A stretch of DNA of 64,000 bases from contig NC_043002.1 of NCBI RefSeq assembly GCF_006345805.1, positions 16,926,001-16,990,000 on the forward strand, read 5' to 3'. The stretch comes from Octopus sinensis. Its lineage: Eukaryota. This document shows positions 63,614-64,000 of this stretch, piece by piece. The first letter of the stretch is position 1. Every line of letters starts with the position of its first letter. Under the pieces are notes generated by a model. That model had not been told where the DNA came from and made no database searches. It saw only the letters and a list, made by a program, of their open reading frames with translations. Both the position numbers and the translations under genes were made by a program.

Positions 63614-64000
63614 TATGGAGAAATTTGGAATATATCATTGACTCTATTTTTATCTAGTGCAACAATTTACGAATCATAACAATAGAATCAAGGATTTAAG
63701 CGATTGCAGCCCCCACCCCAGAGCATTAAGTAGCTAAAAGATTCAGACTAATCAAAGGACATAGTAAGTATTACTACCGGTCCACGAGAGTCCAAATACT
63801 TGAATGTATGCTGAGAGATTGTCTTAGCCTGGTTGCCTTCGGAAAGTTGGTTTCTGTAGTTATTATCAACGTATTTTGGCGATTTAAATAAGAGTTTTGA
63901 CTGTTATTTCCAGCAGGTAATCGTACGTAGTATGCCCATTGGTTTATATATGAACCAACTTCACGGCAGGAGGTGCAGATGATGGCAGCTGCATCGAACT

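Overview
AT-rich eukaryotic, repeat-dense DNA. The tRNA-derived SINE families and abundant (TA)n/(CA)n/(AAT)n tracts resemble Octopus (coleoid cephalopod) repeats as I recall them; this species call is inference, not a database result. I recognise no intact protein-coding gene. Most ORFs in the track are microsatellite read-throughs, and only a few weak candidate exons exist. Supportable content: many copies of about four tRNA-headed SINE families; three decayed R4/Dong-type LINE fragments; two mariner derivatives; a TTAA-flanked piggyBac-like MITE; a Helitron-like element in a near-perfect 797-bp tandem duplication; and a Penelope-like element (PLE) GIY-YIG remnant. Two patterns stand out. 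(1) About ten minimal type-I hammerhead ribozyme motifs, from intact to decayed, in several unrelated short repeat families. They include two copies with a U3-A8 covariant core and one family where the hammerhead sits in the tail of a tRNA-headed SINE. (2) Many fold-back structures, from 13-bp hairpins to a roughly 700-bp spacer-less palindrome and a 1.1-kb inverted duplication. My working hypothesis is a set of non-autonomous, hammerhead-bearing, PLE-mobilised RNAs (retrozyme-like). All alignments and folds were done by eye; nothing was computed or searched.
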